A stretch of DNA of 57,447 bases, filler included, from Catajapyx aquilonaris (GCA_000934665.2; 4 parts of 4 records of this genome joined end to end with filler, not necessarily neighbours in it); one strand, 5' to 3'. Shown: positions 1 to 13,398, counted from the whole stretch's first letter. Notes: a model not told the origin generated them from the letters alone. Numbers and translations are program-made.

Positions 1-320
1 GGGGGGCCCAACATGGCCGCCGGCGGCCATGTTGGGCCAGCATGTAGCGCTTCCCCTTCGTACCTATAAAGTTCAGCCTTAGTCCGGTAGGGTCGCCACT
101 TATCCTGGCCTCCGAAATGTCTCATGGCGGTCTCAGGTGAGCACCCGCTGCAAAATGCCTCGGCAGGTGATAACGCCAGAACGTAGTATAAGTGTCCGTG
201 GGCTGACCCAGTGTCACATAAGTATAACTGAAGCAGTTTTGAACATTTTCGCTTTTCATTTTCGAACATAAATATTGGTTATTAACACAAAAGTTATGGC
301 CATCTGAAACTTCGCCCGTG

Positions 321-489
321 AGGGATGAAAAACGCACCTAAAGTGATCTGCTCAAAATTGGGGCTATTAGTGCACCGAATTTCAAGAGAATGGGTGAGTG
401 TTCGGCATTAAAGACTTGACCTTTGCCCCCCAAAAAGGTGTCAACCGGGTCATTTTGAGCAGGGCACTTTAGGTGCGTTTTTCATCCCT
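321..489. repeat. Short foldback / MITE-like inverted repeat, ~38-bp arms
   Basis: agggatgaaaaacgcacctaaagtgatctgctcaaaat (from 321) is the near reverse complement of attttgagcagggcactttaggtgcgtttttcatccct (ending 489). Confidence 0.7.
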
Positions 490-508
490 TGGGGTGGCCT
501 ACCAATAA

Positions 509-1329
509 AAACGTCTCCCCAGAGCTATCACGACCTCGCCTGCGCGCCATCGTGCGGGAGGGCCGGGAAGCGCAGCGCATGCGCCGTTCCGTTCATCGCC
601 GTTCCGATAACTCCATCGGATAACTGCTACTCCGTAGCAGCTACTGCGATTTCGCTATCCGCTATCCTGCTATCATATACGGTTGTAGTGAGTCACATCC
701 GTACGTAGGGCTGTATACGTGAAGATAGGGCTGTATACGCTGAGGATAGGGCTGTATACGCAACGAGTGAAGGTTAGGTAGGTTAGGTTAGGTTGGGTTA
801 GTACATCGTACCCCTACCCTCTGCCCACATCAAGCAGTGAAAATTAATATTCCAGCACTGAAAATATCAACGCGCTCGCCCCCTCAACGTAATTGGTCAT
901 TTAACGGCGGCCTGACCTCTGCGCTATACAGTATAAGAACCCCCATCCGAAGGAGCCATCCCAGCGATGACTGCTGTAGTGTATTGGTCAGCGCGCTGGC
1001 CTATAGATCAGAAGGCTACAGGTTCGCGTCCCAGTGAGGCTTCTTTCCCCCCCCCCCCTCTTTTTTTTCGTCGTCTTTTCTTCTGTGTCTTTTTTTTCAC
1101 TCCGTTCCTCCTTATTTGTATCCAGGAATTTATTTAGTACCGCACAGTACCCTGCAGGAAGTATTGTCAGTCACGCGTCATGTTATGGCGAAAATGCAAT
1201 GTTACCGAGTCGCAGAATAGCGCAATGGCTGTAGCGGCTGCTGAGTAGCAGCTACGCAGCTCTGACCCCCCTCTCTTCTCCCGCACGATGGCGCGCAGGC
1301 GAGGTTGTGTCGGCTGTGGGGAGCCGTTT
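509..1329. mobile_element. Non-autonomous TIR element with ~50-bp imperfect TIRs, an internal (GGTTA)n tract and a tRNA-like segment
   Basis: aaacgtctccccagagctatcacgacctcgcctgcgcgccatcgtgcgggag at the left matches the reverse complement of ctcccgcacgatggcgcgcaggcgaggttgtgtcggctgtggggagccgttt at the right; ggttaggtaggttagg at ~772-800. No TSD identified. Confidence 0.6.
968..1040 (+). pseudogene. tRNA-derived (Arg-like) sequence / SINE head remnant
   Basis: A-box-like tagtgtattgg and B-box-like ggttcgcgtccc at tRNA spacing; gatcagaag resembles the tRNA-Arg anticodon arm and variable region. No clean acceptor stem. Confidence 0.5.
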
Positions 1330-3261
1330 GTCTACCAATGTACCGTGTTTCAAGAAAATCTGCGAGACCTTGGAAAGTGTCCCTTGTGAGTTCGAGAGGT
1401 CATAACTTTTGACCTTGTGGGCATCCGCCTAAATTGCTTGCATTTTCTTTAATAACTTACCTGCCTATATTATTGTGCCAAGTTTCATTCAGAAACTCCA
1501 CGGACAACACTTACACTTCCCTTGTCAGTGCACAAAGAATATGAAGTGGCCCCTGGAAGTGAATATCTGAGGAAGGTCACGGGGTGATAATGACGGATCT
1601 TGATGAAGTTGATCGTGCTAATACAGGACAATATATGATGCCCAAAAATGAAATATTTCGTGCGGAACCCCATATTTGCAAAAGTTATGACGTCTGAAAG
1701 TTCCACAAATAATACATTTTCATACTCCATGGGATTACATTAGCGACCACATACACGGGCGTAGGTATAGATTTTCAATGGGGGGGTTAAAAACAGGAGT
1801 ACAATGACACGGCCGGTACATCGGACATTGCCGGGGCCCAGGGGCGGATCCAGGATTTTTTTCTGGGAGGGGCCCAGGGGAACTTCTCGGGGGGGGGNNN
1901 NNNNNNNNNNNNNNNNNNNNNNNNNNNNNNNNNNNNNNNNNNNNNNNNNNNNNNNNNNNNNNNNNNNNNNNNNNNNNNNNNNNNNNNNNNNNNNNNNNNN
2001 NNNNNNNNNNNNNNNNNNNNNNNNNNNNNNNNNNNNNNNNNNCCCCCCCTCTTTAGTTTTGGAATGGGGTTTTTGGAATATTTCGGACTGTTAACATAAT
2101 ATCGGTAATAGGTAATTGTTTCATGGAAATCCGTGAGATTTTAACTGGTAACATTCGGCAAATTTTCACAAATTTTGAGTTTTGTTAGGGTGTTAGGCAT
2201 ACAAAGCGGAGCAAGTTCGAGGAAGTTATGAAATTGGTTTTAAGTTGACCCGAGGATAATAGGGAACCTAACCAGTAAGTTTTAGCTGCATCAATCTACA
2301 GCTGAAGGATATATTATACGATATTCACTTCCAGGGGCTACTTGATATTCTTGATGCACTGACACTGAGTTACTACAGTATTAGTAGCATATTACGATGC
2401 GTCTCCACTTGACAAAATTCGATCTTGGACATAAATTAATCCGAGAAGAATCTGTGGTGTAAGGCATAAAACATGTAAGAAATGCCGATGCGTAGAAGAG
2501 AATATTATCTGCAAAGTCTCCAAGGAAAATGTTCATTAACGGGACGAAGGGGTCCGATGTCTTGGAGGGCCCGCGACCGTGGCTGTAGGAGTCCTGAGTC
2601 TCCTCAAGTTTGGAGTGGTTATGGTACATATGATACATTTTGTTGGGCTGGGTCGACAGTTGCCTCAAAATGTAAATCAGCGACCGTAAAACAGGTGAAA
2701 CGTTTGTTTCACCTATTTATTCTACAGATTCTTAAATTCTACCCTTTTTTGGTACACGTACACCCTGTAGGTCTTAGTTTGATAATAGCCCCAAAATATG
2801 ACGCAGTGGCCGCAAAATGTAGGGTAACATCACTAACCTATTTATTCCGCTTATTCTACAAAATGATTCTTAAATTTGATCTTGTTTTTTGGTACACCTG
2901 TAGGTCTAGGTTCAAAATAACCTGAAAATCGAAATCAGCGACCCCGAAATCATGGGGAGACATGTTTTTACGTACATAAAAGATTAAGTCGAGGACCTAT
3001 CATTTTTGTTGGCGTTTTTTTCTGATATGGACTACTGTGCGACGAGGGGACCGGATCCGGGATGATAGGGGGGTCGCGGATTGCGATCAAATTCGGGTGG
3101 GATTGTATTCCTTCCATATACAACCCGGAAATGTCGTACCCGTGTGTCGTACTATGCGATGGAAACCATTTTCTTCGGCGGCATTGGCGCCATAAATTCA
3201 GTTGACTCGATTACTTTCAACTCCTGATCCGGACGGATAATGATGAGGCCCATCACTACTT

Positions 3262-3318
3262 TTTGGATCTTTTGGGTGGATCTTTTGGGTGGATCTTTTG
3301 GGTGGATCTTTTGGGTGT
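3262..3318. repeat. 13-bp minisatellite (tcttttgggtgga) x ~4
   Basis: Tandem units read directly. Confidence 0.85.
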
Positions 3319-3960
3319 TTGTATCGCCTTTCTGCCAAATTGGAAAAGTCTGGACAAAAGCGTGAGTCAACCCTTGGTCAACCCTTTACGCAGCACTCAA
3401 TGTGTTTATTATGATCGTCCTGCATCCCGTCTATAATGATGAATGGCTCCGAGGCAATGTTATTTTTATTTTACGATGCCATAAAACTTGTGGATCTCCA
3501 GCTTTACAACCATCCCAGAAAGTGTTACATTCCTGAAATTGAATGCACGGTAGGGAGTCTATACATCTTTCTACTTGTTTTTAAAATCTATTTAGCCTTG
3601 TGAGGCAATAAGTCATGGGCTGAATAATGATGCGATCGCACATGTACGCCACCAGCAATCAATGTCATAGCATAAGTACATAGGTGTGGTTCGGAAAGGA
3701 ATTGTGGCTTATCGACTTGGTCACGTGTGCTTTTATTGTAATGGGTTGGCGCGTTTTCAAGCTTTATAAACAGCAGCAGGAACGAAAGGTCGGAATGGAC
3801 AGCAGGAATGCGATCGCTCGGGGGAAGGTCATCGCTCATACACACTCTTCGTGCGTTCCGACCTTGCCTGCAGCGCATTCACCCCAATGTATTTCACGAC
3901 AACGACGATCAATCCTGCTAGAACCTCCTAGAATCCGGGATATAGGCTGACTGAAATCTG

Positions 3961-4543
3961 ACCCAAATCCCTTGGTTTACGCGCACCCCCCAGTTCGCCA
4001 GTTTTTGCGGCGGGCGGGCGTCACTCGTATGAAAACTATGGGTCAGTGATAAATGCGTAAAAAACGTGCGTTAACATGTCAGGAAGGAAATGCATGTGCC
4101 AATGCAATGGTTTGATTGGGTCCATACACAAGGGTCACAATGGGTTCATAGGGCACCCAATACACAGGGGAAGTAATATTTCGCGCATCCTGCATATTGC
4201 CGAAAAGTCACCATTTGGTCGGCCCTCCTCGAGCAGCACACACGTCCCTCACACGCAGGGGCATGGTCATCAAATCAACGCCAGTAAGGGTTATGGCCAC
4301 ACAGTGCTGATATCGTGTGATAGGGGATGCGCGTAATTTGACTTCCCGTGTATTGGGGGGCCCATCATATGAACCCATTGTGACCCTTGTGTATAGACCC
4401 AATCAAACCATTGGCACATGCATTTCCTTTCTGATATGTTAACGCACGTTTTTTAAGCATTTATCACTGACCCATAGTTTTCATGCGAGTTACGCCGCAA
4501 AAACTCGCCAACTGGGGGTGCGCGTAAACCAAGGGATTTGGGT
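3961..4543. mobile_element. Long-TIR MITE / foldback with ~200-bp arms
   Basis: acccaaatcccttggtttacgcgcacccc...cacccaatacac is the reverse complement of gtgtattggg...gggtgcgcgtaaaccaagggatttgggt. Confidence 0.85.
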
Positions 4544-5083
4544 AAGGTAGAAGGAAACCTCCAATAATGAGATTCAACGTAACCACGATCAAATATATTA
4601 TGTCTTGTGGAAATTGTACCACGTAATATGAGATAAAAAGATGTCACGCAGTTTTTTAGACGAGTTCTCAGTTCTTTTAATGGTCGTCAGCCCTCCGAAA
4701 TACAGAGGAAGTTTCACATCTATGGCAGCAAAGTTTAAATGGCAGTAGCGAAGTACCGTGGCGAGATTTCTGGGCGAAATGGGCCTCGGTGAAATGCCCA
4801 GACCAGGATACATCGGCATCGTGTACAAGAAAGCTGCACAGTGCGACATGTCACCAAAAGTAGCTTCCTTCTGGGAAGGATACATTGTTGTTCTTTCCAA
4901 CGTGGTATATACGTAGGCCTACAGCAGATTAGGAAACAGTGCCAGCTAAAAGATTGCACCATGTCAGACAGAGTGATCAGCGCAGTGTTGCGCAACAAAA
5001 GGGCCACACCATCTATCTATTGCTGGTACCTCATGACACGACCTGAAGAGACACCCCACACTGCGCCGAACACCAGATGACTC

Positions 5084-7290
5084 GAAGACCTCGGGAGAAA
5101 AACGATCAAGGTCCACTTCAAGGGAAACTGAGATATTCGTATTTTAAATTTCGAAGGCCCATAAGCCTCCACTGTAAATCCCACTTTCGGAGCCTTCCAT
5201 AGTGACCTATGATCAATACTCTACAACAACGACTAAACCATCATATTCTACGCTAGTGACTTTTATATGAGTCTGAGATATGTAGGATAAACCGTACAGT
5301 GATGACCCACCATACAGTGATGGCCCACTGCGCCTTGGTTCTTTAAGAAATAGGCAGAGTAAATGCCATAACACGAAGAAATGATCATGGTGTGACACCT
5401 GTGGTCCCTGGCATGAACTAGGTCGAAAATTTGTGATTTAGAGATGAAATCTAAATACCAGACTTCCTGAGTACCCGGACCGGTCCAATCCAAAGGGTGA
5501 TTACCTTATTCCAGGTTTCAAAGTGCAATCCATTTTTTTAAAACTTTATGAATTGGTTAATATTTACATATATTACAGTAGCATGGTTAAAGGAATCAGT
5601 CTGTGTTATTGTTTTGGTAAGTGTCCTTGAATTGTAAACTAAATAGGGGAAACTCCCCCTCAAAAGGTATTGGGAAAGAACCCTTACTGGCGTGCGAGAC
5701 GCGGTAGGGGGAGTGGTGGCTGGGGCAGCTTGGCTATGTCGCAAAGGCAGATTGATTTTTTGGATTTTGGAAGGGGTATGCTGTACCAACCCAACCTAAC
5801 CAAGCCTAACCTTCCTTCCTTCCTTGCGGATACAAACCTATCTTGGCGACACAGCCCGCTGCCCCCACCGACTACTACCCTCCCGCCTCCCGCACGCCAG
5901 TAAGAGCAAGTGTAGCCAGGTATTGTACCGTAAAAGGGAAATAAATATAAAAAAAACTATGTCGAAAATCAATCCACAGCGGGCATTGAAAGAGCAGTAA
6001 TGGCATCTGACACAGAGACCTACTGGCCATGCTAGAATGCAGCTGGGAAATGTTAAGTTTTTTCTTAAGGACTTCCTTGCATTGTGAATGTGTTTCTGGT
6101 CTCATAAATATCCCCAAAGCAATGTGAGGTATATGAAAGTATTGGTCTAGAGGTGCTTTACTGACGCATGGGATTGAAACCAGTCCCTCTGTTCAGGAGT
6201 ATGAATTCATTAGGATGGCCATGACTGTCCAGCATCTAATGACATTTCATAGTGATGGCCATGCCATGGCCATTACTGTGTTAGGCTTTAAAAAATTGAA
6301 TGCCACATATGTTGGCCTAAGTATCATGATCACGCGAGTTATTCTTGGGAGAGAAATGACAGCAATGATTTAGGAGGAAATACGCAGCAATAGCAAATCC
6401 ACAGGCTTATCTTATTGTGTGTAACGGCCAAAGTCTATTCTTATAATTATGGGACTAATATCTGCACAATAAAATAATCAGTCATATTTCCTCCCAACCT
6501 GTATTGGCTTTTGTGTAGCTTTATCTCACATCAGTTAGGCCTCCCTTCCTAATACCGATGGAGTCCTTACTTTGGTCCCTACTGTAAATAGCCTATTGTT
6601 TTGCAGCATGGCCATCACTATCTTGACACCTGGCCATTACTATCTGGATGTGTGGCCATTATTATCTGGATGGGTGGCCATTACTGCCTTTTAGGTAGGA
6701 TATTTTGTAAATGTAGATATCTGACAGATTTGTGTGAATTTGATGCAGTGTGACCAGGGACAACCTCAGTTATTAGAAAACCATTTTAGAACATCATTAT
6801 ATGTAGAAATAAAAGGTGAGGATATTCATGTATTACTGAGACCAATACACTTGACTGGCCATCAGTGTATGGTTTACCCCAGTGGTTCCCAACCTTTTCG
6901 TCATGACGCCCACCTTTTCGTTTTCACCAAACACTCACGCCTCCCCCCCCCCNNNNNNNNNNNNNNNNNNNNNNNNNNNNNNNNNNNNNNNNNNNNNNNN
7001 NNNNNNNNNNNNNNNNNNNNNNNNNNNNNNNNNNNNNNNNNNNNNNNNNNNNNNNNNNNNNNNNNNNNNNNNNNNNNNNNNNNNNNNNNNNNNNNNNNNN
7101 NNNNNNNNNNNNNNNNNNNNNNNNNNNNNNNNNNNNNNNNNNNNNNNNNNNNNNNNNNNNNNNNNNNNNNNNNCCTCACGCCCCCCCCCCCCTGAAATCC
7201 TCTCACGCCCCCCAGGTTGGGAACCACTGGTTTACCCTAACTCATTTGTGCCAAAAAGTGGACCTTGATCGTTTTTCTCTCGAGGTCTTC
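5084..7290. mobile_element. Non-autonomous DNA transposon, ~35-bp TIR GAAGACCTCGGGAGAAAAACGATCAAGGTCCAC
   Basis: TIR at 5084 and its reverse complement ending at 7290; a shorter relative with the same TIR and subterminal sequence lies at 41812-42042. Confidence 0.7.
6880..7229. mobile_element. hAT-type MITE
   Basis: TIR cagtggttcccaacc / ggttgggaaccactg; perfect 8-bp TSD gtttaccc at 6872-6879 and 7230-7237. Confidence 0.9.
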
Positions 7291-7811
7291 ACTTATAATG
7301 GTTACGGGAGCTTGCGCACATAGGGCCGATGGCACGAACCCGTTCCTATAGGAGCACTCCTGCGTAGGGGCGCCCTACGGGTATTAACAGCGCTCGGCAT
7401 CCCTTGTTATCGGGCATCCTACCTTTCCCTTGTTACCGGGCAGTCGCGCCTGTCTTCCACACCCGTCTTAATGAACTGGTTATTTATTAATAAAATAACT
7501 GTTATTACATGCATTAAAATAATATTACACAACTGGAGAATATGTTGTATACGCTTTAAAAAATGAACTAGGTTATTTAATCATGCACGGGTCATGCATG
7601 ACACAATCCCGGCAGGCAGGTTTTGGGCTAATGCGGGCCAAGGCAAGGAGCCGGAACAGGCCAAAAAATGCGGCTAATTTTAGTGAGGCTGAGAAAAATT
7701 TAATTTCGGGTGGTGCTGTTTAATTTTATCGCCCACATTTCTGGCTTGCCATCGAAACATTCGCGAAGTAATTCGGATAAAAAACGACCGGGATAGCAGA
7801 GGCGTGCAATA

Positions 7812-8225
7812 CAGGGTGAACCAACTTCAAGTGTCGTTTTATAACGGCGATTAATAGCAGTGATTTTGCGATGACGTAGCAGCGACGTGTAAAATGTCCC
7901 ACTTCGGCGCCATCGAAAATATTAGCTGCCAATAGCAGCACCCATGTAATCAACTCTGCTGCTGGGTTGACCTGGAAAAAAGGAGGTGCACACATGACCT
8001 GAGCTGCGCCTGGGTGAAATGCCTTCTTTGCGGACTGCCGGATTTGCATTGGTGCCGCATGTGGTTGCACTCGTTGCAGCAGGTTCATTACATGTACGCT
8101 AATATTGGCTGCTAATATTTTCGATGGCGCCGAAGTGGGACATTTTACACGTCGCTGCTACGTCAATCGTAAAGCGCTTCTATTAATAGCCGTTATAAAA
8201 CGACAATTGAAGTTGGTCCACCCTG
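7812..8225. mobile_element. Tc1/mariner-type MITE
   Basis: ta|cagggtgaaccaacttcaa ... ttgaagttggtccaccctg|ta; ~130-bp inverted arms; TA TSD. Confidence 0.85.
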
Positions 8226-8990
8226 TATACTTAGCAGTAAAACTTCCATAAGTCGAACTTCCCTAAGTCGAAGTTCTCCATAAGTCGAATAAAATGACGA
8301 GCTTGGTTGGTCACAATGTAAAAGAATAGGAAATAAACTTCCCTAACTCGAATTTCTATAACTCGAAGTTCTCCATAACTCGAAGTGCAGGCAGGGCCTT
8401 GCGATGGGATATCAATGCATTTTCAGTCTCCCTAAGTCCAAGTTCATGTTGGCGAGTACGGAAAATTGTCTCATTTCCCAGCCGAAGGGTCGAGAGTAGG
8501 CCACATGTACAGAAAGGCTCAATTTCCTGATCTCCGTCTACCAGACGTACCGAAAGAAGTGTTTGACTCGATTGTGACAATTGAATGCCACAATGCAATA
8601 AGGCCCATCTGTCATTTTTTTTTTACGGAAATGCTTTTACGGCATATTGTACTTCCTCTGGTGGATGTCCATCCGTATAAAATGCAAGAAGAGCCGAAAT
8701 GTCACTAGTAATGCCTGAGAAAGGCTTCTAACCATCGACGGAACAAAACGCGATTTTTCGATAGCAGTGACAAACGTGATTGTCCAAGTGATTGGCACTC
8801 GAAAAGCGCGATTTTAATACACTACAAGTGACCCGCGATTTGAAAATAGAGGTGATTTTTAACCGCAACGTGATATTTGTCTAAGCGCTACTTCTAAAGG
8901 AGATGCGTTACTTTACCATTTAGAACGTTCCCCTGTGAGGAGCAGTGCGAAGCATAGTGGAAAATAAAGTAGACTTGTGGGTCTATAATG

Positions 8991-9401
8991 TTTTTTTTTC
9001 TTTTTTTGTTTTAGATATACCCTGTGCTAGAGCCATGGGCTCTCTTAGGGGGTGGATTACCACTATCGTGCAGGGACAGGGTAGGGATAGAAGGGAGGGA
9101 CACTGGTGCATGTGCAATGTCATCAAGTTGGGGGTCGTGTGCAGTCCCTCAGGGGGCCCGTTCGCCAAGATGACCCCAGATGCGAGTCATAAACTCCCCA
9201 CTGACCCGCACCTCCTCCAGGGCAGGGAAAAGAAGGAAGCGGCTGTGTCCTATTTTACGGTACGATCCGGGAAATTATTCCTGGGGCGACCTGGGAAACC
9301 ACAGAAAACCAAGGTCAGGATCGCCGGCCTCCGGGATTCGAACCCAGGACCTTCCGATTAGCAGTCGGACACCATATCCACTACACCACTACTGCTTCGG
9401 T
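8991..9401 (-). mobile_element. Full-length tRNA-derived SINE, head type A
   Basis: Minus-strand head accgaagcagtagtggtgtagtgg...tccgactgctaatcgga...ggttcgaatccc, A-rich tail, and 16-bp TSD ttgtgggtctataatg at 8975-8990 and 9402-9417. Confidence 0.9.
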
Positions 9402-9422
9402 TTGTGGGTCTATAATGTCACC

Positions 9423-10894
9423 TAGGCGCGTACCTAGGAAATTTTCATAGGGGGGGGGGGGGGGTTCGCCAGGCATCGCCCCCGCCCCCCCCCCCTCCCC
9501 GGGCCAAAAAATGGGGGAGGGGGGTGTTACGGAACACCCATACATTTTGGATTCAAGAATGTAATACAAAATTAATACTGCTATTCTGGAATGAGGACTC
9601 AGGACAGTGACGTAGTCAGGATTCCATTTTGGGGGGGGGGGGGGCATAAACCGAAAAGGACGGGGAGGAGGCCCGCCGCAGGCGAAATTTTTGGGGGTTC
9701 AATTTTCAAAATTTAACTTTTGCGAGCATATGGAGGATGTTACATAAAATCGAAAAGAGAAACACAAAAATGGTAAAGGCCTAAAGTATACATGTATAAC
9801 AAACCATAGCAAAAACTGAATAACAACGATAAACTTGACAGAAAATCACAAAACTTGGGCAAAAGACAAAGTTCAAGCAAGTATCACTTGCTCTGGACTC
9901 GATACTGTACAGCACTTACAGCCGGTTTCCACTTGCATAGTACCGGTATAGATGTTACCAAATATTTGTCTATATTTTCTTGATTGGAACTGCCCTTCGG
10001 CTCATACGAGTCACGGCAACATGATTCGTATGATCATATTACTTCTGAACGATTTTGGTCCTTTCAGAAGCACAAAAAATACTCCACAAGAAACAAACAA
10101 TAATGCTTCTGATTCTGATGGAATAGGTTAGGAATAGGCCCAAAAAATCCCGAGATGGCTTCAAAAAGTGCAAAAAAAACTATCACCAAAAAAGGCCAAA
10201 TAGGCAGGAAAAGGCGCAAAATGCCAGAATAGGCAAAATAGTTTGCAAAACCATTAAAGGGACACTCCACTCAAAAAACAAGTTGGCCCCCAAAAATCGG
10301 GCAAAAAAATCCTGATTCCGAATAGTTTTTTTTTTCTACGCCCAACGGTAACACGGAAAATCATATATCTACACACGTCGTCTCGCGTCGTCTGCTAAGA
10401 AGGGCGATACAACACCATCCCGCGGCAAACTGGAGAAGTATAGTGTGCTCAGTAAACACCATGCCGCGCCAGGCGAGCATGGTCTAGTTCCGCCCGGTTC
10501 CACTCTGGTGGCGTCGCCACCTGCGCCCACCTGCCCCGCGCGCGGTTTTCGAACGACACACTTCCAGCTTTCACACTGGCCTTACCGTTCGTCTCTCAGA
10601 AAAACTGATTATACCCTCGGAATCAGGATTTTTTGCCCGATTTTTAGAACACAACTTGTATTTTGAGTGGAGTGTCCCTTTAAATAGGCAAATTTAGGCA
10701 CTATAAAACCTACATTTTCCACATCCTGCACTTATAAAATGGATAGATATTTTCACAAAACCATCCCAACTCTTTCGGCATTTGCCTAATGATCTGGACT
10801 TCAGTAATAATAAATTTTTTTACTCTCCTCTCGGCTGACGTCTCATGGGGGGGGGGGGGGGGGAGCCCCCAACCCCCCTGTAGGTACGCGCCTG
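9423..10894. mobile_element. hAT-like non-autonomous element
   Basis: TIR (t/c)aggcgcgtaccta / taggtacgcgcctg; perfect 8-bp TSD atgtcacc at 9415-9422 and 10895-10902. Confidence 0.85.
10258..10679. mobile_element. TTAA-targeting MITE, Kolobok-like termini
   Basis: ttaa|agggacactccactcaaaa ... ttttgagtggagtgtccct|ttaa; a second copy starts at 42865. Confidence 0.85.
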
Positions 10895-11248
10895 ATGTCA
10901 CCAAAAAATCTTTGACCTACGCCCTCGGGAAGTGGTCAAAATTGGCAGCTACTTTATAAGGTAGAACTAGGTGGCATGGGAGACCAAAAAACATTAAATT
11001 TAATTAAATATAATGTGTATTTACCCTGAGGCGAATATTATGTCTCCTGTATATCATAATCATTCATTAATTTATCCTGAGACGCTTTATTTTTCCATAT
11101 TTAAGCCAAATGAACTAGACAATGCAAGAAGGGCCCAATTGTGAGCATTAAAAGTATTTAAATAAAATATAAATTACATGGACATTTCAATGAAAGTGCT
11201 GTCAGGTATTCATGTTGTACATATTTGTCATTAGGTTTAGAGCACAAT

Positions 11249-12120
11249 TGAAGGGTTGTCTGCAATAAGTGAAAATCATTCATTTTGAGAAAAACGCACT
11301 TGAACATTTGATTTCGTGAAAATTCGATTAAAATAGAAGGTAGTGCTGGTATATGTCAATGACTTGAAGATACCATAAAGTCCCATCAAATACATGTTAA
11401 ACATGTTACGTAGCACACTTTGTTTTTTAAGAAATTAATATACTTGTAAATTCCATTTACCTTCTTCTTACAGAGATCCCTATGGGAGGCGCACCCGGCC
11501 GCCTTATTTATCTGATATCTTGGAGCCTAATATGAATACAACAATGAAACTTACATAATTATCTGAAAGGTTATGAGTAGGGATTACTGCAAAAATGGCC
11601 TGAATTTTCAAGTCTATTAGGCTCGTGTCAAGGGTCACGAACTCTGACCTGCCAACCTGACACGTAATTTTAATGGGATATTTTTTGGCTGTTATCACCG
11701 GATTATGCGTACCGTTTAGAATTGAAAGTCCCCTTTTCCATGTATGTGGGATGCACATTTACTGAAATAATCGGGTTATTGTAAGCCACCGCGGTGGCGC
11801 CACCTACCTGCTATGCCCAGATGCAGGTGCAAGGCTTGTGTCATTAGGCTTTTTACCACATAAAGGCGCCGCCACGTAGGCCTTAGAGATCTTGGAAGTA
11901 AGTAGCTAAGAATATTTTCCAGCGTTTTAACCTCCTGAGACCCTAGTACACCTTTCAATCACCTTTGTTGTTTTTTTTACGCGTTTGAGTTAGTCAGAAG
12001 GTGCTGGAAAAAACAAAGGTACAGTATACTGTACCAGCTAGGGGTCTCAGGAGGTTAAAGCGAAAAACCTATAAAGAAGGTAAATGCACTTACCTGAGTC
12101 TTATTTCAGACAACCCTTCA
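11249..12120. mobile_element. TIR element (tgaagggttgtctg..aataag), itself inside a further inverted pair at ~11129/~12198
   Basis: tgaagggttgtctgcaataag versus cttatttcagacaacccttca; outer pair aagggcccaattgtga versus tcacaattgggccctt. Confidence 0.6.
11931..12054. mobile_element. piggyBac-like mini-MITE
   Basis: ttaa|cctcctgagaccctag ... ctaggggtctcaggagg|ttaa. Confidence 0.8.
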
Positions 12121-12739
12121 ATTGCCTACCCTGAACATAAACAGAATTAAATAATTTTTCGCTTCCTGGACATTTTATATTTTCACAATTGGGCCCTTAT
12201 GGAATTGTGGTCTTCAATTGAATCCTTGAATCTAAGAGTAGGCAAATATCCATCACGGAGTTTTTTTTACCACACCAAAACAACGAAGAACATTGCAAGT
12301 GTGATAGTGACAGTTATTATTAGTTTTAGAAACCTTTCGTCGCTGGATATAAAGTGATAGGCTTCCTTATAGAGTTCTGTGCTTTAAAAAATCCAAACTT
12401 CTCTAACTCGAATCTTCTATAACTAGAAGTTTTTTCCCGATCCCATGGAGATTCGACTTATAGAAGTTTTACTGTAATTATGATTGCCGAAATGGTATAA
12501 TTTCTAAATTTCAAATATATGGTTAGATAGACAAAGATTTGCACTATCCAGGGTTCACAGGAAAACCTTTGTGGGCTCCGGTAAGTGTCGAATTAAAAAA
12601 GCGTTTTCGGCGTAACGTCGGCAACGTATAAAAAAATGACACCTTTTCGCCTTCTTTTTGGGATAGAAATTTACACAAAGAACACAGGAAAACAACTTGC
12701 ACATATCCTACGAGGATTGAAACAAGCTTTCGAATGATA

Positions 12740-13285
12740 TAGGGTGCTCAAAAACTCGCGGAAAGTGGCCACCTGGCCTGATAGGACTCGCAAAACTAAT
12801 ATAGGGATGTGGAAGTAGTTTTGGGCTAACTTGCATAGTTTTTGCGTACGACGCCCTTAAGATTTCGGCAGTTTAATGACGTCACTTCCGCCTTGAGGCC
12901 CCATTGCGTCATCATTACATGTTGTTGTGGCTGTTGCCATTGGCACTGATTATTGTTGTGAATATTGTCAACTGTGATTGTTGAGAAATAAACAACGATG
13001 TCAGGCTGGCAACAATAAAGGCTTTCTGGCCATAAGATACAAGCTGCCAGCCTGACATCGTTGTTTATTTCTCAACAATCACAGTTGACAGTATTCGCAA
13101 CAACATGTAATGATGACGCAATGGGGCCTCAAGGCGGATGTGACGTCATTAAACTTCCGAAATCTTAAGGGCGTCGTACGCAAAAACTATGCAAGTTAGC
13201 CCAAAACTACTTCCACATCCCTATATTAGTTTTGCGAGTCCTATCAGGCTACGTGACCACTTTCCGCGAGTTTTTGAGCACCCTG
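12740..13285. mobile_element. Tc1/mariner-type MITE forming a near-perfect ~550-bp palindrome
   Basis: agggtgctcaaaaactcgcggaaagtgg ... ccactttccgcgagtttttgagcaccctg|ta; arms pair almost to the centre near 13010-13045. Confidence 0.9.
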
Positions 13286-13398
13286 TATAACATGATTTTT
13301 TTTTTTTGATCATCTGCCTAGGAGTTGTTTCGAATCAAACACCGGGCTCAACGGAGTATGGAGCGCTCACAGCCCGGTAGGAGTGGGTCCGGGTACTA

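Larger units (their letters stand above)
8235..12474. mobile_element. pogo/Tigger-like non-autonomous element interrupted by younger insertions
   Basis: TIR cagtaaaacttccataagtcgaa / ttcgacttatagaagttttactg|ta; repeated subterminal taa(c/g)tcgaa motifs at both ends. Confidence 0.7.

Noticed and set aside
4598..5080. Overlapping 79-100 aa ORFs
   Set aside because: No recognisable motif or splice structure; they lie between transposons.
9325..9401. Functional tRNA genes at SINE heads (also 13680-13751, 42395, 45177, 53268, 56870)
   Set aside because: Each continues into a SINE body, most with tail and TSD, and lacks a proper acceptor stem.
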